Shown piece by piece: positions 37,903-51,800 of a DNA stretch of 64,000 nucleotides. The position numbers and the translations under genes were made by a program. The notes beneath the pieces were generated by a model that made no database searches, was not told the origin of the DNA, and saw only the letters and a list, made by a program, of their open reading frames with translations. This stretch comes from Auanema rhodensis. Taxonomy: Eukaryota; Animalia; Nematoda. Where the stretch lies: positions 20,398,001-20,462,000 of the forward strand of contig OZ059896.1 of NCBI GenBank assembly GCA_964057225.1, read 5' to 3'. The stretch's first letter is position 1. Each line of letters begins with the position of its first letter.

Positions 37903-40900
37903 AAGTAGATGTTTTTAGATTCCTTTATTCAAGGCAAAGACGATGGACAATGTTATTCAACGAAAAAATTAATTCTTCAGGGTGAAAATCGAGGATATAA
38001 GTGTGAACTTATATCAGTTGATATCTCGGTGCATTTTTAAGCTAGCGCAAATCTGATAACACAGATCGACGCAGCTTAAAAATCCGCATCGAATGCACTA
38101 TACTACATTGAGAAACGCTTGATACAAAAATTAGTTATGATCGTTTGAAAAATGATGCATTAGTGTATGTTGAGTTTCCATGTACACTCAACATTGCTTC
38201 CAAAAACATTTTGACAAAAATTTTTTCGAAAAATTTCGAAATAATTTAGCAAAAAGTAGATGTTTTTAGATTCCTTTTTTCAAGGCAAAGACGATGGACA
38301 ATGTTATTCAACGGAAAAAGTATTTCTTCAGGGTGAAAATCGAGGATATAAGTGTGAACTTATATCAGTTGATATCTCGGTGCATTTTTAAGCTAGCGCA
38401 AATCTGATAACACAGATCGACGCAGCTTAAAAATCCGCATCGAATGCACTATACTACATTGAGAAACGCTTAATACAAAAATTAGTTATGATCGTTTGAA
38501 AAATGATGCATTAGTGTATGTTGAGTTTCCATGTACACTCAACATTGCTTCCAAAAACATTTTGACAAAAATTTTTTCGAAAAATTTCAAAATAATTTAG
38601 CAAAAAGTAGATGTTTTTAGATTCCAGTTTTCAAGGCAAAGACGATGGACAATGTTATTCAACGAAAAAATTAATTCTTCAGGGTGAAAATCGAGGATAT
38701 ATGTGTGAACTTATATCAGTTGATATCTCGGTGCATTTTTAAGCTAGCGCAAATCTGATAACACAGATCGACGCAGCTTAAAAATCCGCATCGAATGCAC
38801 TATACTACATTGAGAAACGCTTAATACAAAAATTAGTTATGATCGTTTGAAAAATGATGCATTAGTGTATGTTGAGTTTCCATGTACACTCAACATTGCT
38901 TCCAAAAACATTTTGACAAAAATTTTTTCGAAAAATTTCGAAATAATTTAGCAAAAAGTAGATGTTTTTAGATTCCTTTTTTCAAGGCAAAGACGATGGA
39001 CAATGTTATTCAACGGAAAAAGTATTTCTTCAGGGTGAAAATCGAGGATATAAGTGTGAACTTATATCAGTTGATATCTCGGTGCATTTTTAAGCTAGCG
39101 CAAATCTGATAACACAGATCGACGCAGCTTAAAAATCCGCATCGAATGCACTATACTACATTGAGAAACGCTTAATACAGAAATTAGTTATGATCGTTTG
39201 AAAAATGATGCATTAGTGTATGTTGAGTTTCCATGTACACTCAACATTGCTTCCAAAAACATTTTGACAAAAATTTTTTCGAAAAATTTCAAAATAATTT
39301 AGCAAAAAGTAGATGTTTTTAGATTCCAGTTTTCAAGGCAAAGACGATGGACAATGTTATTCAACGAAAAAATTAATTCTTCAGGGTGAAAATCGAGGAT
39401 ATATGTGTGAACTTATATCAGTTGATATCTCGGTGCATTTTTAAGCTAGCGCAAATCTGATAACACAGATCGACGCAGCTTAAAAATCCGCATCGAATGC
39501 ACTATACTACATTGAGAAACGCTTAATACAAAAATTAGTTATGATCGTTTGAAAAATGATGCATTAGTGTATGTTGAGTTTCCATGTACACTCAACATTG
39601 CTTCCAAAAACATTTTGACAAAAATTTTTTCGAAAAATTTCAAAATAATTTAGCAAAAAGTAGATGTTTTTAGATTCCTTTTTTCAAGGCAAAGACGATG
39701 GACAATGTTATTCAACGAAAAAATTATTCCTTCAGGGTGAAAATCGAGGATATAAGTGTGAACTTATATCAGTTGATATCTCGGTGCATTTTTAAGCTAG
39801 CGCAAATCTGATAACACAGATCGACGCAGCTTAAAAATCCGCATCGAATGCACTATACTACATTGAGAAACGCTTGATACAAAAATTAGTTATGATCGTT
39901 TGAAAAATGATGCATTAGTGTATGTTGAGTTTCCATGTACACTCAACATTGCTTCCAAAAACATTTTGACAAAAATTTTTTCGAAAAATTTCAAAATAAT
40001 TTAGCAAAAAGTAGATGTTTTTAGATTCCATTTTTCAAGGCAAAGACGATGGACAATGTTATTCAACGAAAAAATTAATTCTTCAGGGTGAAAATCGAGG
40101 ATATAAGTGTGAACTTATATCAGTTGATATCTCGGTGCATTTTTAAGCTAGCGCAAATCTGATAACACAGATCGACGCAGCTTAAAAATCCGCATCGAAT
40201 GCACTATACTACATTGAGAAACGCTTAATACAAAAATTAGTTATGATCGTTTGAAAAATGATGCATTAGTGTATGTTGAGTTTCCATGTACACTCAACAT
40301 TGCTTCCAAAAACATTTTGACAAAAATTTTTTCGAAAAATTTCAAAATAATTTAGCAAAAAGTAGATGTTTTTAGATTCCTTTATTCAAGGCAAAGACGA
40401 TGGACAATGTTATTCAACGAAAAAATTAATTCTTCAGGGTGAAAATCGAGGATATAAGTGTGAACTTATATCAGTTGATATCTCGGTGCATTTTTAAGCT
40501 AGCGCAAATCTGATAACACAGATCGACGCAGCTTAAAAATCCGCATCGAATGCACTATACTACATTGAGAAACGCTTGATACAAAAATTAGTTATGATCG
40601 TTTGAAAAATGATGCATTAGTGTATGTTGAGTTTCCATGTACACTCAACATTGCTTCCAAAAACATTTTGACAAAAATTTTTTCGAAAAATTTCGAAATA
40701 ATTTAGCAAAAAGTAGATGTTTTTAGATTCCTTTTTTCAAGGCAAAGACGATGGACAATGTTATTCAACGGAAAAAGTATTTCTTCAGGGTGAAAATCGA
40801 GGATATAAGTGTGAACTTATATCAGTTGATATCTCGGTGCATTTTTAAGCTAGCGCAAATCTGATAACACAGATCGACGCAGCTTAAAAATCCGCATCGA

Positions 40901-42816
40901 ATGCACTATACTACATTGAGAAACGCTTAATACAAAAATTAGTTATGATCGTTTGAAAAATGATGCATTAGTGTATGTTGAGTTTCCATGTACACTCAAC
41001 ATTGCTTCCAAAAACATTTTGACAAAAATTTTTTCGAAAAATTTCAAAATAATTTAGCAAAAAGTAGATGTTTTTAGATTCCAGTTTTCAAGGCAAAGAC
41101 GATGGACAATGTTATTCAACGAAAAAATTAATTCTTCAGGGTGAAAATCGAGGATATATGTGTGAACTTATATCAGTTGATATCTCGGTGCATTTTTAAG
41201 CTAGCGCAAATCTGATAACACAGATCGACGCAGCTTAAAAATCCGCATCGAATGCACTATACTACATTGAGAAACGCTTAATACAAAAATTAGTTATGAT
41301 CGTTTGAAAAATGATGCATTAGTGTATGTTGAGTTTCCATGTACACTCAACATTGCTTCCAAAAACATTTTGACAAAAATTTTTTCGAAAAATTTCGAAA
41401 TAATTTAGCAAAAAGTAGATGTTTTTAGATTCCTTTTTTCAAGGCAAAGACGATGGACAATGTTATTCAACGGAAAAAGTATTTCTTCAGGGTGAAAATC
41501 GAGGATATAAGTGTGAACTTATATCAGTTGATATCTCGGTGCATTTTTAAGCTAGCGCAAATCTGATAACACAGATCGACGCAGCTTAAAAATCCGCATC
41601 GAATGCACTATACTACATTGAGAAACGCTTAATACAGAAATTAGTTATGATCGTTTGAAAAATGATGCATTAGTGTATGTTGAGTTTCCATGTACACTCA
41701 ACATTGCTTCCAAAAACATTTTGACAAAAATTTTTTCGAAAAATTTCAAAATAATTTAGCAAAAAGTAGATGTTTTTAGATTCCAGTTTTCAAGGCAAAG
41801 ACGATGGACAATGTTATTCAACGAAAAAATTAATTCTTCAGGGTGAAAATCGAGGATATATGTGTGAACTTATATCAGTTGATATCTCGGTGCATTTTTA
41901 AGCTAGCGCAAATCTGATAACACAGATCGACGCAGCTTAAAAATCCGCATCGAATGCACTATACTACATTGAGAAACGCTTAATACAAAAATTAGTTATG
42001 ATCGTTTGAAAAATGATGCATTAGTGTATGTTGAGTTTCCATGTACACTCAACATTGCTTCCAAAAACATTTTGACAAAAATTTTTTCGAAAAATTTCAA
42101 AATAATTTAGCAAAAAGTAGATGTTTTTAGATTCCTTTTTTCAAGGCAAAGACGATGGACAATGTTATTCAACGAAAAAATTATTCCTTCAGGGTGAAAA
42201 TCGAGGATATAAGTGTGAACTTATATCAGTTGATATCTCGGTGCATTTTTAAGCTAGCGCAAATCTGATAACACAGATCGACGCAGCTTAAAAATCCGCA
42301 TCGAATGCACTATACTACATTGAGAAACGCTTGATACAAAAATTAGTTATGATCGTTTGAAAAATGATGCATTAGTGTATGTTGAGTTTCCATGTACACT
42401 CAACATTGCTTCCAAAAACATTTTGACAAAAATTTTTTCGAAAAATTTCAAAATAATTTAGCAAAAAGTAGATGTTTTTAGATTCCATTTTTCAAGGCAA
42501 AGACGATGGACAATGTTATTCAACGAAAAAATTAATTCTTCAGGGTGAAAATCGAGGATATAAGTGTGAACTTATATCAGTTGATATCTCGGTGCATTTT
42601 TAAGCTAGCGCAAATCTGATAACACAGATCGACGCAGCTTAAAAATCCGCATCGAATGCACTATACTACATTGAGAAACGCTTAATACAAAAATTAGTTA
42701 TGATCGTTTGAAAAATGATGCATTAGTGTATGTTGAGTTTCCATGTACACTCAACATTGCTTCCAAAAACATTTTGACAAAAATTTTTTCGAAAAATTTC
42801 GAAATAATTTAGCAAA
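37903..42816. repeat. Local 7-mer duplication (2457 bp x2)
   Basis: TACAGAAA at 39180/41637; identical order of seven monomer types. Confidence 0.82.
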
Positions 42817-45800
42817 AAGTAGATGTTTTTAGATTCCTTTTTTCAAGGCAAAGACGATGGACAATGTTATTCAACGGAAAAAGTATTTCTTCAGGGTGAA
42901 AATCGAGGATATAAGTGTGAACTTATATCAGTTGATATCTCGGTGCATTTTTAAGCTAGCGCAAATCTGATAACACAGATCGACGCAGCTTAAAAATCCG
43001 CATCGAATGCACTGTACTACATTGAGAAACGCTTAATACAAAAATTAGTTATGATCGTTTGAAAAATGATGCATTAGTGTATGTTGAGTTTCCATGTACA
43101 CTCAACATTGCTTCCAAAAACATTTTGACAAAAATTTTTTCGAAAAATTTCAAAATAATTTAGCAAAAAGTAGATGTTTTTAGATTCCAGTTTTCAAGGC
43201 AAAGACGATGGACAATGTTATTCAACGAAAAAATTAATTCTTCAGGGTGAAAATCGAGGATATATGTGTGAACTTATATCAGTTGATATCTCGGTGCATT
43301 TTTAAGCTAGCGCAAATCTGATAACAGAGATCGACGCAGCTTAAAAATCCGCATCGAATGCACTATACTACATTGAGAAACGCTTAATACAAAAATTAGT
43401 TATGATCGTTTGAAAAATGATGCATTAGTGTATGTTGAGTTTCCATGTACACTCAACATTGCTTCCAAAAACATTTTGACAAAAATTTTTTCGAAAAATT
43501 TCAAAATAATTTAGCAAAAAGTAGATGTTTTTAGATTCCTTTTTTCAAGGCAAAGACGATGGACAATGTTATTCAACGAAAAAATTATTCCTTCAGGGTG
43601 AAAATCGAGGATATAAGTGTGAACTTATATCAGTTGATATCTCGGTGCATTTTTAAGCTAGCGCAAATCTGATAACAGAGATCGACGCAGCTTAAAAATC
43701 CGCATCGAATGCACTATACTACATTGAGAAACGCTTAATACAAAAATTAGTTATGATCGTTTGAAAAATGATGCATTAGTGTATGTTGAGTTTCCATGTA
43801 CACTCAACATTGCTTCCAAAAACATTTTGACAAAAATTTTTTCGAAAAATTTCAAAATAATTTAGCAAAAAGTAGATGTTTTTAGATTCCTTTTTTCAAG
43901 GCAAAGACGATGGACAATGTTATTCAACGAAAAAATTATTCCTTCAGGGTGAAAATCGAGGATATAAGTGTGAACTTATATCAGTTGATATCTCGGTGCA
44001 TTTTTAAGCTAGCGCAAATCTGATAACACAGATCGACGCAGCTTAAAAATCCGCATCGAATGCACTATACTACATTGAGAAACGCTTGATACAAAAATTA
44101 GTTATGATCGTTTGAAAAATGATGCATTAGTGTATGTTGAGTTTCCATGTACACTCAACATTGCTTCCAAAAACATTTTGACAAAAATTTTTTCGAAAAA
44201 TTTCAAAATAATTTAGCAAAAAGTAGATGTTTTTAGATTCCATTTTTCAAGGCAAAGACGATGGACAATGTTATTCAACGAAAAAATTAATTCTTCAGGG
44301 TGAAAATCGAGGATATAAGTGTGAACTTATATCAGTTGATATCTCGGTGCATTTTTAAGCTAGCGCAAATCTGATAACACAGATCGACGCAGCTTAAAAA
44401 TCCGCATCGAATGCACTATACTACATTGAGAAACGCTTAATACAAAAATTAGTTATGATCGTTTGAAAAATGATGCATTAGTGTATGTTGAGTTTCCATG
44501 TACACTCAACATTGCTTCCAAAAACATTTTGACAAAAATTTTTTCGAAAAATTTCGAAATAATTTAGCAAAAAGTAGATGTTTTTAGATTCCTTTTTTCA
44601 AGGCAAAGACGATGGACAATATTATTCAACGGAAAAAGTATTTCTTCAGGGTGAAAATCGAGGATATAAGTGTGAACTTATATCAGTTGATATCTCGGTG
44701 CATTTTTAAGCTAGCGCAAATCTGATAACACAGATCGACGCAGCTTAAAAATCCGCATCGAATGCACTGTACTACATTGAGAAACGCTTAATACAAAAAT
44801 TAGTTATGATCGTTTGAAAAATGATGCATTAGTGTATGTTGAGTTTCCATGTACACTCAACATTGCTTCCAAAAACATTTTGACAAAAATTTTTTCGAAA
44901 AATTTCAAAATAATTTAGCAAAAAGTAGATGTTTTTAGATTCCAGTTTTCAAGGCAAAGACGATGGACAATGTTATTCAACGAAAAAATTAATTCTTCAG
45001 GGTGAAAATCGAGGATATATGTGTGAACTTATATCAGTTGATATCTCGGTGCATTTTTAAGCTAGCGCAAATCTGATAACAGAGATCGACGCAGCTTAAA
45101 AATCCGCATCGAATGCACTATACTACATTGAGAAACGCTTAATACAAAAATTAGTTATGATCGTTTGAAAAATGATGCATTAGTGTATGTTGAGTTTCCA
45201 TGTACACTCAACATTGCTTCCAAAAACATTTTGACAAAAATTTTTTCGAAAAATTTCAAAATAATTTAGCAAAAAGTAGATGTTTTTAGATTCCTTTTTT
45301 CAAGGCAAAGACGATGGACAATGTTATTCAACGAAAAAATTATTCCTTCAGGGTGAAAATCGAGGATATAAGTGTGAACTTATATCAGTTGATATCTCGG
45401 TGCATTTTTAAGCTAGCGCAAATCTGATAACAGAGATCGACGCAGCTTAAAAATCCGCATCGAATGCACTATACTACATTGAGAAACGCTTAATACAAAA
45501 ATTAGTTATGATCGTTTGAAAAATGATGCATTAGTGTATGTTGAGTTTCCATGTACACTCAACATTGCTTCCAAAAACATTTTGACAAAAATTTTTTCGA
45601 AAAATTTCAAAATAATTTAGCAAAAAGTAGATGTTTTTAGATTCCTTTTTTCAAGGCAAAGACGATGGACAATGTTATTCAACGAAAAAATTATTCCTTC
45701 AGGGTGAAAATCGAGGATATAAGTGTGAACTTATATCAGTTGATATCTCGGTGCATTTTTAAGCTAGCGCAAATCTGATAACACAGATCGACGCAGCTTA

Positions 45801-48800
45801 AAAATCCGCATCGAATGCACTATACTACATTGAGAAACGCTTGATACAAAAATTAGTTATGATCGTTTGAAAAATGATGCATTAGTGTATGTTGAGTTTC
45901 CATGTACACTCAACATTGCTTCCAAAAACATTTTGACAAAAATTTTTTCGAAAAATTTCAAAATAATTTAGCAAAAAGTAGATGTTTTTAGATTCCATTT
46001 TTCAAGGCAAAGACGATGGACAATGTTATTCAACGAAAAAATTAATTCTTCAGGGTGAAAATCGAGGATATAAGTGTGAACTTATATCAGTTGATATCTC
46101 GGTGCATTTTTAAGCTAGCGCAAATCTGATAACACAGATCGACGCAGCTTAAAAATCCGCATCGAATGCACTATACTACATTGAGAAACGCTTAATACAA
46201 AAATTAGTTATGATCGTTTGAAAAATGATGCATTAGTGTATGTTGAGTTTCCATGTACACTCAACATTGCTTCCAAAAACATTTTGACAAAAATTTTTTC
46301 GAAAAATTTCGAAATAATTTAGCAAAAAGTAGATGTTTTTAGATTCCTTTTTTCAAGGCAAAGACGATGGACAATGTTATTCAACGGAAAAAGTATTTCT
46401 TCAGGGTGAAAATCGAGGATATAAGTGTGAACTTATATCAGTTGATATCTCGGTGCATTTTTAAGCTAGCGCAAATCTGATAACACAGATCGACGCAGCT
46501 TAAAAATCCGCATCGAATGCACTGTACTACATTGAGAAACGCTCAATACAAAAATTAGTTATGATCGTTTGAAAAATGATGCATTAGTGTATGTTGAGTT
46601 TCCATGTACACTCAACATTGCTTCCAAAAACATTTTGACAAAAATTTTTTCGAAAAATTTCAAAATAATTTAGCAAAAAGTAGATGTTTTTAGATTCCAG
46701 TTTTCAAGGCAAAGACGATGGACAATGTTATTCAACGAAAAAATTAATTCTTCAGGGTGAAAATCGAGGATATATGTGTGAACTTATATCAGTTGATATC
46801 TCGGTGCATTTTTAAGCTAGCGCAAATCTGATAACAGAGATCGACGCAGCTTAAAAATCCGCATCGAATGCACTATACTACATTGAGAAACGCTTAATAC
46901 AAAAATTAGTTATGATCGTTTGAAAAATGATGCATTAGTGTATGTTGAGTTTCCATGTACACTCAACATTGCTTCCAAAAACATTTTGACAAAAATTTTT
47001 TCGAAAAATTTCAAAATAATTTAGCAAAAAGTAGATGTTTTTAGATTCCTTTTTTCAAGGCAAAGACGATGGACAATGTTATTCAACGAAAAAATTATTC
47101 CTTCAGGGTGAAAATCGAGGATATAAGTGTGAACTTATATCAGTTGATATCTCGGTGCATTTTTAAGCTAGCGCAAATCTGATAACAGAGATCGACGCAG
47201 CTTAAAAATCCGCATCGAATGCACTATACTACATTGAGAAACGCTTAATACAAAAATTAGTTATGATCGTTTGAAAAATGATGCATTAGTGTATGTTGAG
47301 TTTCCATGTACACTCAACATTGCTTCCAAAAACATTTTGACAAAAATTTTTTCGAAAAATTTCAAAATAATTTAGCAAAAAGTAGATGTTTTTAGATTCC
47401 TTTTTTCAAGGCAAAGACGATGGACAATGTTATTCAACGGAAAAAGTATTTCTTCAGGGTGAAAATCGAGGATATAAGTGTGAACTTATATCAGTTGATA
47501 TCTCGGTGCATTTTTAAGCTAGCGCAAATCTGAAAACACAGATCGACGCAGCTTAAAAATCCGCATCGAATGCACTATACTACATTGAGAAACGCTTAAT
47601 ACAAAAATTAGTTATGATCGGTTGAAAAATGATGCATTAGTGTATGTTGAGTTTCCATGTACACTCAACATTGCTTCCAAAAACATTTTGACAAAAATTT
47701 TTTCGAAAAATTTCAAAATAATTTAGCAAAAAGTAGATGTTTTTAGATTCCAGTTTTCAAGGCAAAGACGATGGACAATGTTATTCAACGAAAAAATTAA
47801 TTCTTCAGGGTGAAAATCGAGGATATAAGTGTGAACTTATATCAGTTGATATCTCGGTGCATTTTTAAGCTAGCGCAAATCTGATAACACAGATCGACGC
47901 AGCTTAAAAATCCGCATCGAATGCACTATACTACATTGAGAAACGCTTAATACAAAAATTAGTTATGATCGTTTGAAAAATGATGCATTAGTGTATGTTG
48001 AGTTTCCATGTACACTCAACATTGCTTCCAAAAACATTTTGACAAAAATTTTTTCGAAAAATTTCGAAATAATTTAGCAAAAAGTAGATGTTTTTAGATT
48101 CCTTTTTTCAAGGCAAAGACGATGGACAATGTTATTCAACGGAAAAAGTATTTCTTCAGGGTGAAAATCGAGGATATAAGTGTGAACTTATATCAGTTGA
48201 TATCTCGGTGCATTTTTAAGCTAGCGCAAATCTGATAACACAGATCGACGCAGCTTAAAAATCCGCATCGAATGCACTGTACTACATTGAGAAACGCTTA
48301 ATACAAAAATTAGTTATGATCGTTTGAAAAATGATGCATTAGTGTATGTTGAGTTTCCATGTACACTCAACATTGCTTCCAAAAACATTTTGACAAAAAT
48401 TTTTTCGAAAAATTTCAAAATAATTTAGCAAAAAGTAGATGTTTTTAGATTCCAGTTTTCAAGGCAAAGACGATGGACAATGTTATTCAACGAAAAAATT
48501 AATTCTTCAGGGTGAAAATCGAGGATATATGTGTGAACTTATATCAGTTGATATCTCGGTGCATTTTTAAGCTAGCGCAAATCTGATAACAGAGATCGAC
48601 GCAGCTTAAAAATCCGCATCGAATGCACTATACTACATTGAGAAACGCTTAATACAAAAATTAGTTATGATCGTTTGAAAAATGATGCATTAGTGTATGT
48701 TGAGTTTCCATGTACACTCAACATTGCTTCCAAAAACATTTTGACAAAAATTTTTTCGAAAAATTTCAAAATAATTTAGCAAAAAGTAGATGTTTTTAGA

Positions 48801-51800
48801 TTCCTTTTTTCAAGGCAAAGACGATGGATAATGTTATTCAACGAAAAAATTATTCCTTCAGGGTGAAAATCGAGGATATAAGTGTGAACTTATATCAGTT
48901 GATATCTCGGTGCATTTTTAAGCTAGCGCAAATCTGATAACAGAGATCGACGCAGCTTAAAAATCCGCATCGAATGCACTATACTACATTGAGAAACGCT
49001 TAATACAAAAATTAGTTATGATCGTTTGAAAAATGATGCATTAGTGTATGTTGAGTTTCCATGTACACTCAACATTGCTTCCAAAAACATTTTGACAAAA
49101 ATTTTTTCGAAAAATTTCGAAATAATTTAGCAAAAAGTAGATGTTTTTAGATTCCTTTTTTCAAGGCAAAGACGATGGACAATGTTATTCAACGGAAAAA
49201 GTATTTCTTCAGGGTGAAAATCGAGGATATAAGTGTGAACTTATATCAGTTGATATCTCGGTGCATTTTTAAGCTAGCGCAAATCTGATAACACAGATCG
49301 ACGCAGCTTAAAAATCCGCATCGAATGCACTATACTACATTGAGAAACGCTTAATACAAAAATTAGTTATGATCGGTTGAAAAATGATGCATTAGTGTAT
49401 GTTGAGTTTCCATGTACACTCAACATTGCTTCCAAAAACATTTTGACAAAAATTTTTTCGAAAAATTTCAAAATAATTTAGCAAAAAGTAGATGTTTTTA
49501 GATTCCAGTTTTCAAGGCAAAGACGATGGACAATGTTATTCAACGAAAAAATTAATTCTTCAGGGTGAAAATCGAGGATATATGTGTGAACTTATATCAG
49601 TTGATATCTCGGTGCATTTTTAAGCTAGCGCAAATCTGATAACACAAATCGACGCAGCTTAAAAATCCGCATCGAATGCACTATACTACATTGAGAAACG
49701 CTTAATACAAAAATTAGTTATGATCGTTTGAAAAATGATGCATTAGTGTATGTTGAGTTTCCATGTACACTCAACATTGCTTCCAAAAACATTTTGACAA
49801 AAATTTTTTCGAAAAATTTCAAAATAATTTAGCAAAAAGTAGATGTTTTTAGATTCCAGTTTTCAAGGCAAAGACGATGGACAATGTTATTCAGCGAAAA
49901 AATTAATTCTTCAGGGTGAAAATCGAGGATATATGTGTGAACTTATATCAGTTGATATCTCGGTGCATTTTTAAGCTAGCGCAAATCTGATAACACAAAT
50001 CGACGCAGCTTAAAAATCCGCATCGAATGCACTATACTACATTGAGAAACGCTTAATACAAAAATTAGTTATGATCGTTTGAAAAATGATGCATTAGTGT
50101 ATGTTGAGTTTCCATGTACACTCAACATTGCTTCCAAAAACATTTTGACAAAAATTTTTTCGAAAAATTTCAAAATAATTTAGCAAAAAGTAGATGTTTT
50201 TAGATTCCTTTTTTCAAGGCAAAGACGATGGACAATGTTATTCAACGAAAAAATTATTCCTTCAGGGTGAAAATCGAGGATATAAGTGTGAACTTATATC
50301 AGTTGATATCTCGGTGCATTTTTAAGCTAGCGCAAATCTGATAACAGAGATCGACGCAGCTTAAAAATCCGCATCGAATGCACTATACTACATTGAAAAA
50401 CGCTTAATACAAAAATTAGTTATGATCGTTTGAAAAATGATGCATTAGTGTATGTTGAGTTTCCATGTACACTCAACATTGCTTCCAAAAACATTTTGAC
50501 AAAAATTTTTTCGAAAAATTTCGAAATAATTTAGCAAAAAGTAGATGTTTTTAGATTCCTTTTTTCAAGGCAAAGACGATGGACAATGTTATTCAACGGA
50601 AAAAGTATTTCTTCAGGGTGAAAATCGAGGATATAAGTGTGAACTTATATCAGTTGATATCTCGGTGCATTTTTAAGCTAGCGCAAATCTGATAACACAA
50701 ATCGACGCAGCTTAAAAATCCGCATCGAATGCACTATACTACATTGAGAAACGCTTAATACAAAAATTAGTTATGATCGTTTGAAAAATGATGCATTAGT
50801 GTATGTTGAGTTTCCATGTACACTCAACATTGCTTCCAAAAACATTTTGACAAAAATTTTTTCGAAAATTTTCAAAATAATTTAGCAAAAAGTAGATGTT
50901 TTTAGATTCCTTTTTTCAAGGCAAAGACGATGGACAATGTTATTCAACGAAAAAATTATTCCTTCAGGGTGAAAATCGAGGATATAAGTGTGAACTTATA
51001 TCAGTTGATATCTCGGTGCATTTTTAAGCTAGCGCAAATCTGATAACACAGATCGACGCAGCTTAAAAATCCGCATCGAATGCACTATACGACATTGAGA
51101 AACGCTTAATACAAAAATTAGTTATGATCGTTTGAAAAATGATGCATTAGTGTATGTTGAGTTTCCATGTACACTCAACATTGCTTCCAAAAACATTTTG
51201 ACAAAAATTTTTTCGAAAAATTTCAAAATAATTTAGCAAAAAGTAGATGTTTTTAGATTCCTTTATTCAAGGCAAAGACGATGGACAATGTTATTCAACG
51301 AAAAAATTAATTCTTCAGGGTGAAAATCGAGGATATAAGTGTGAACTTATATCAGTTGATATCTCGGTGCATTTTTAAGCTAGCGCAAATCTGATAACAC
51401 AGATCGACGCAGCTTAAAAATCCGCATCGAATGCACTATACTACATTGAGAAACGCTTAATACAAAAATTAGTTATGATCGTTTGAAAAATGATGCATTA
51501 GTGTATGTTGAGTTTCCATGTACACTCAACATTGCTTCCAAAAACAATTTGACAAAAATTTTTTCGAAAAATTTCGAAATAATTTAGCAAAAAGTAGATG
51601 TTTTTAGATTCCTTTTTTCAAGGCAAAGACGATGGACAATGTTATTCAACGGAAAAAGTATTTCTTCAGGGTGAAAATCGAGGATATAAGTGTGAACTTA
51701 TATCAGTTGATATCTCGGTGCATTTTCAAGCTAGCGCAAATCTGATAACACAGATCGACGCAGCTTGAAAATCCGCATCGAATGCACTATACTACATTGA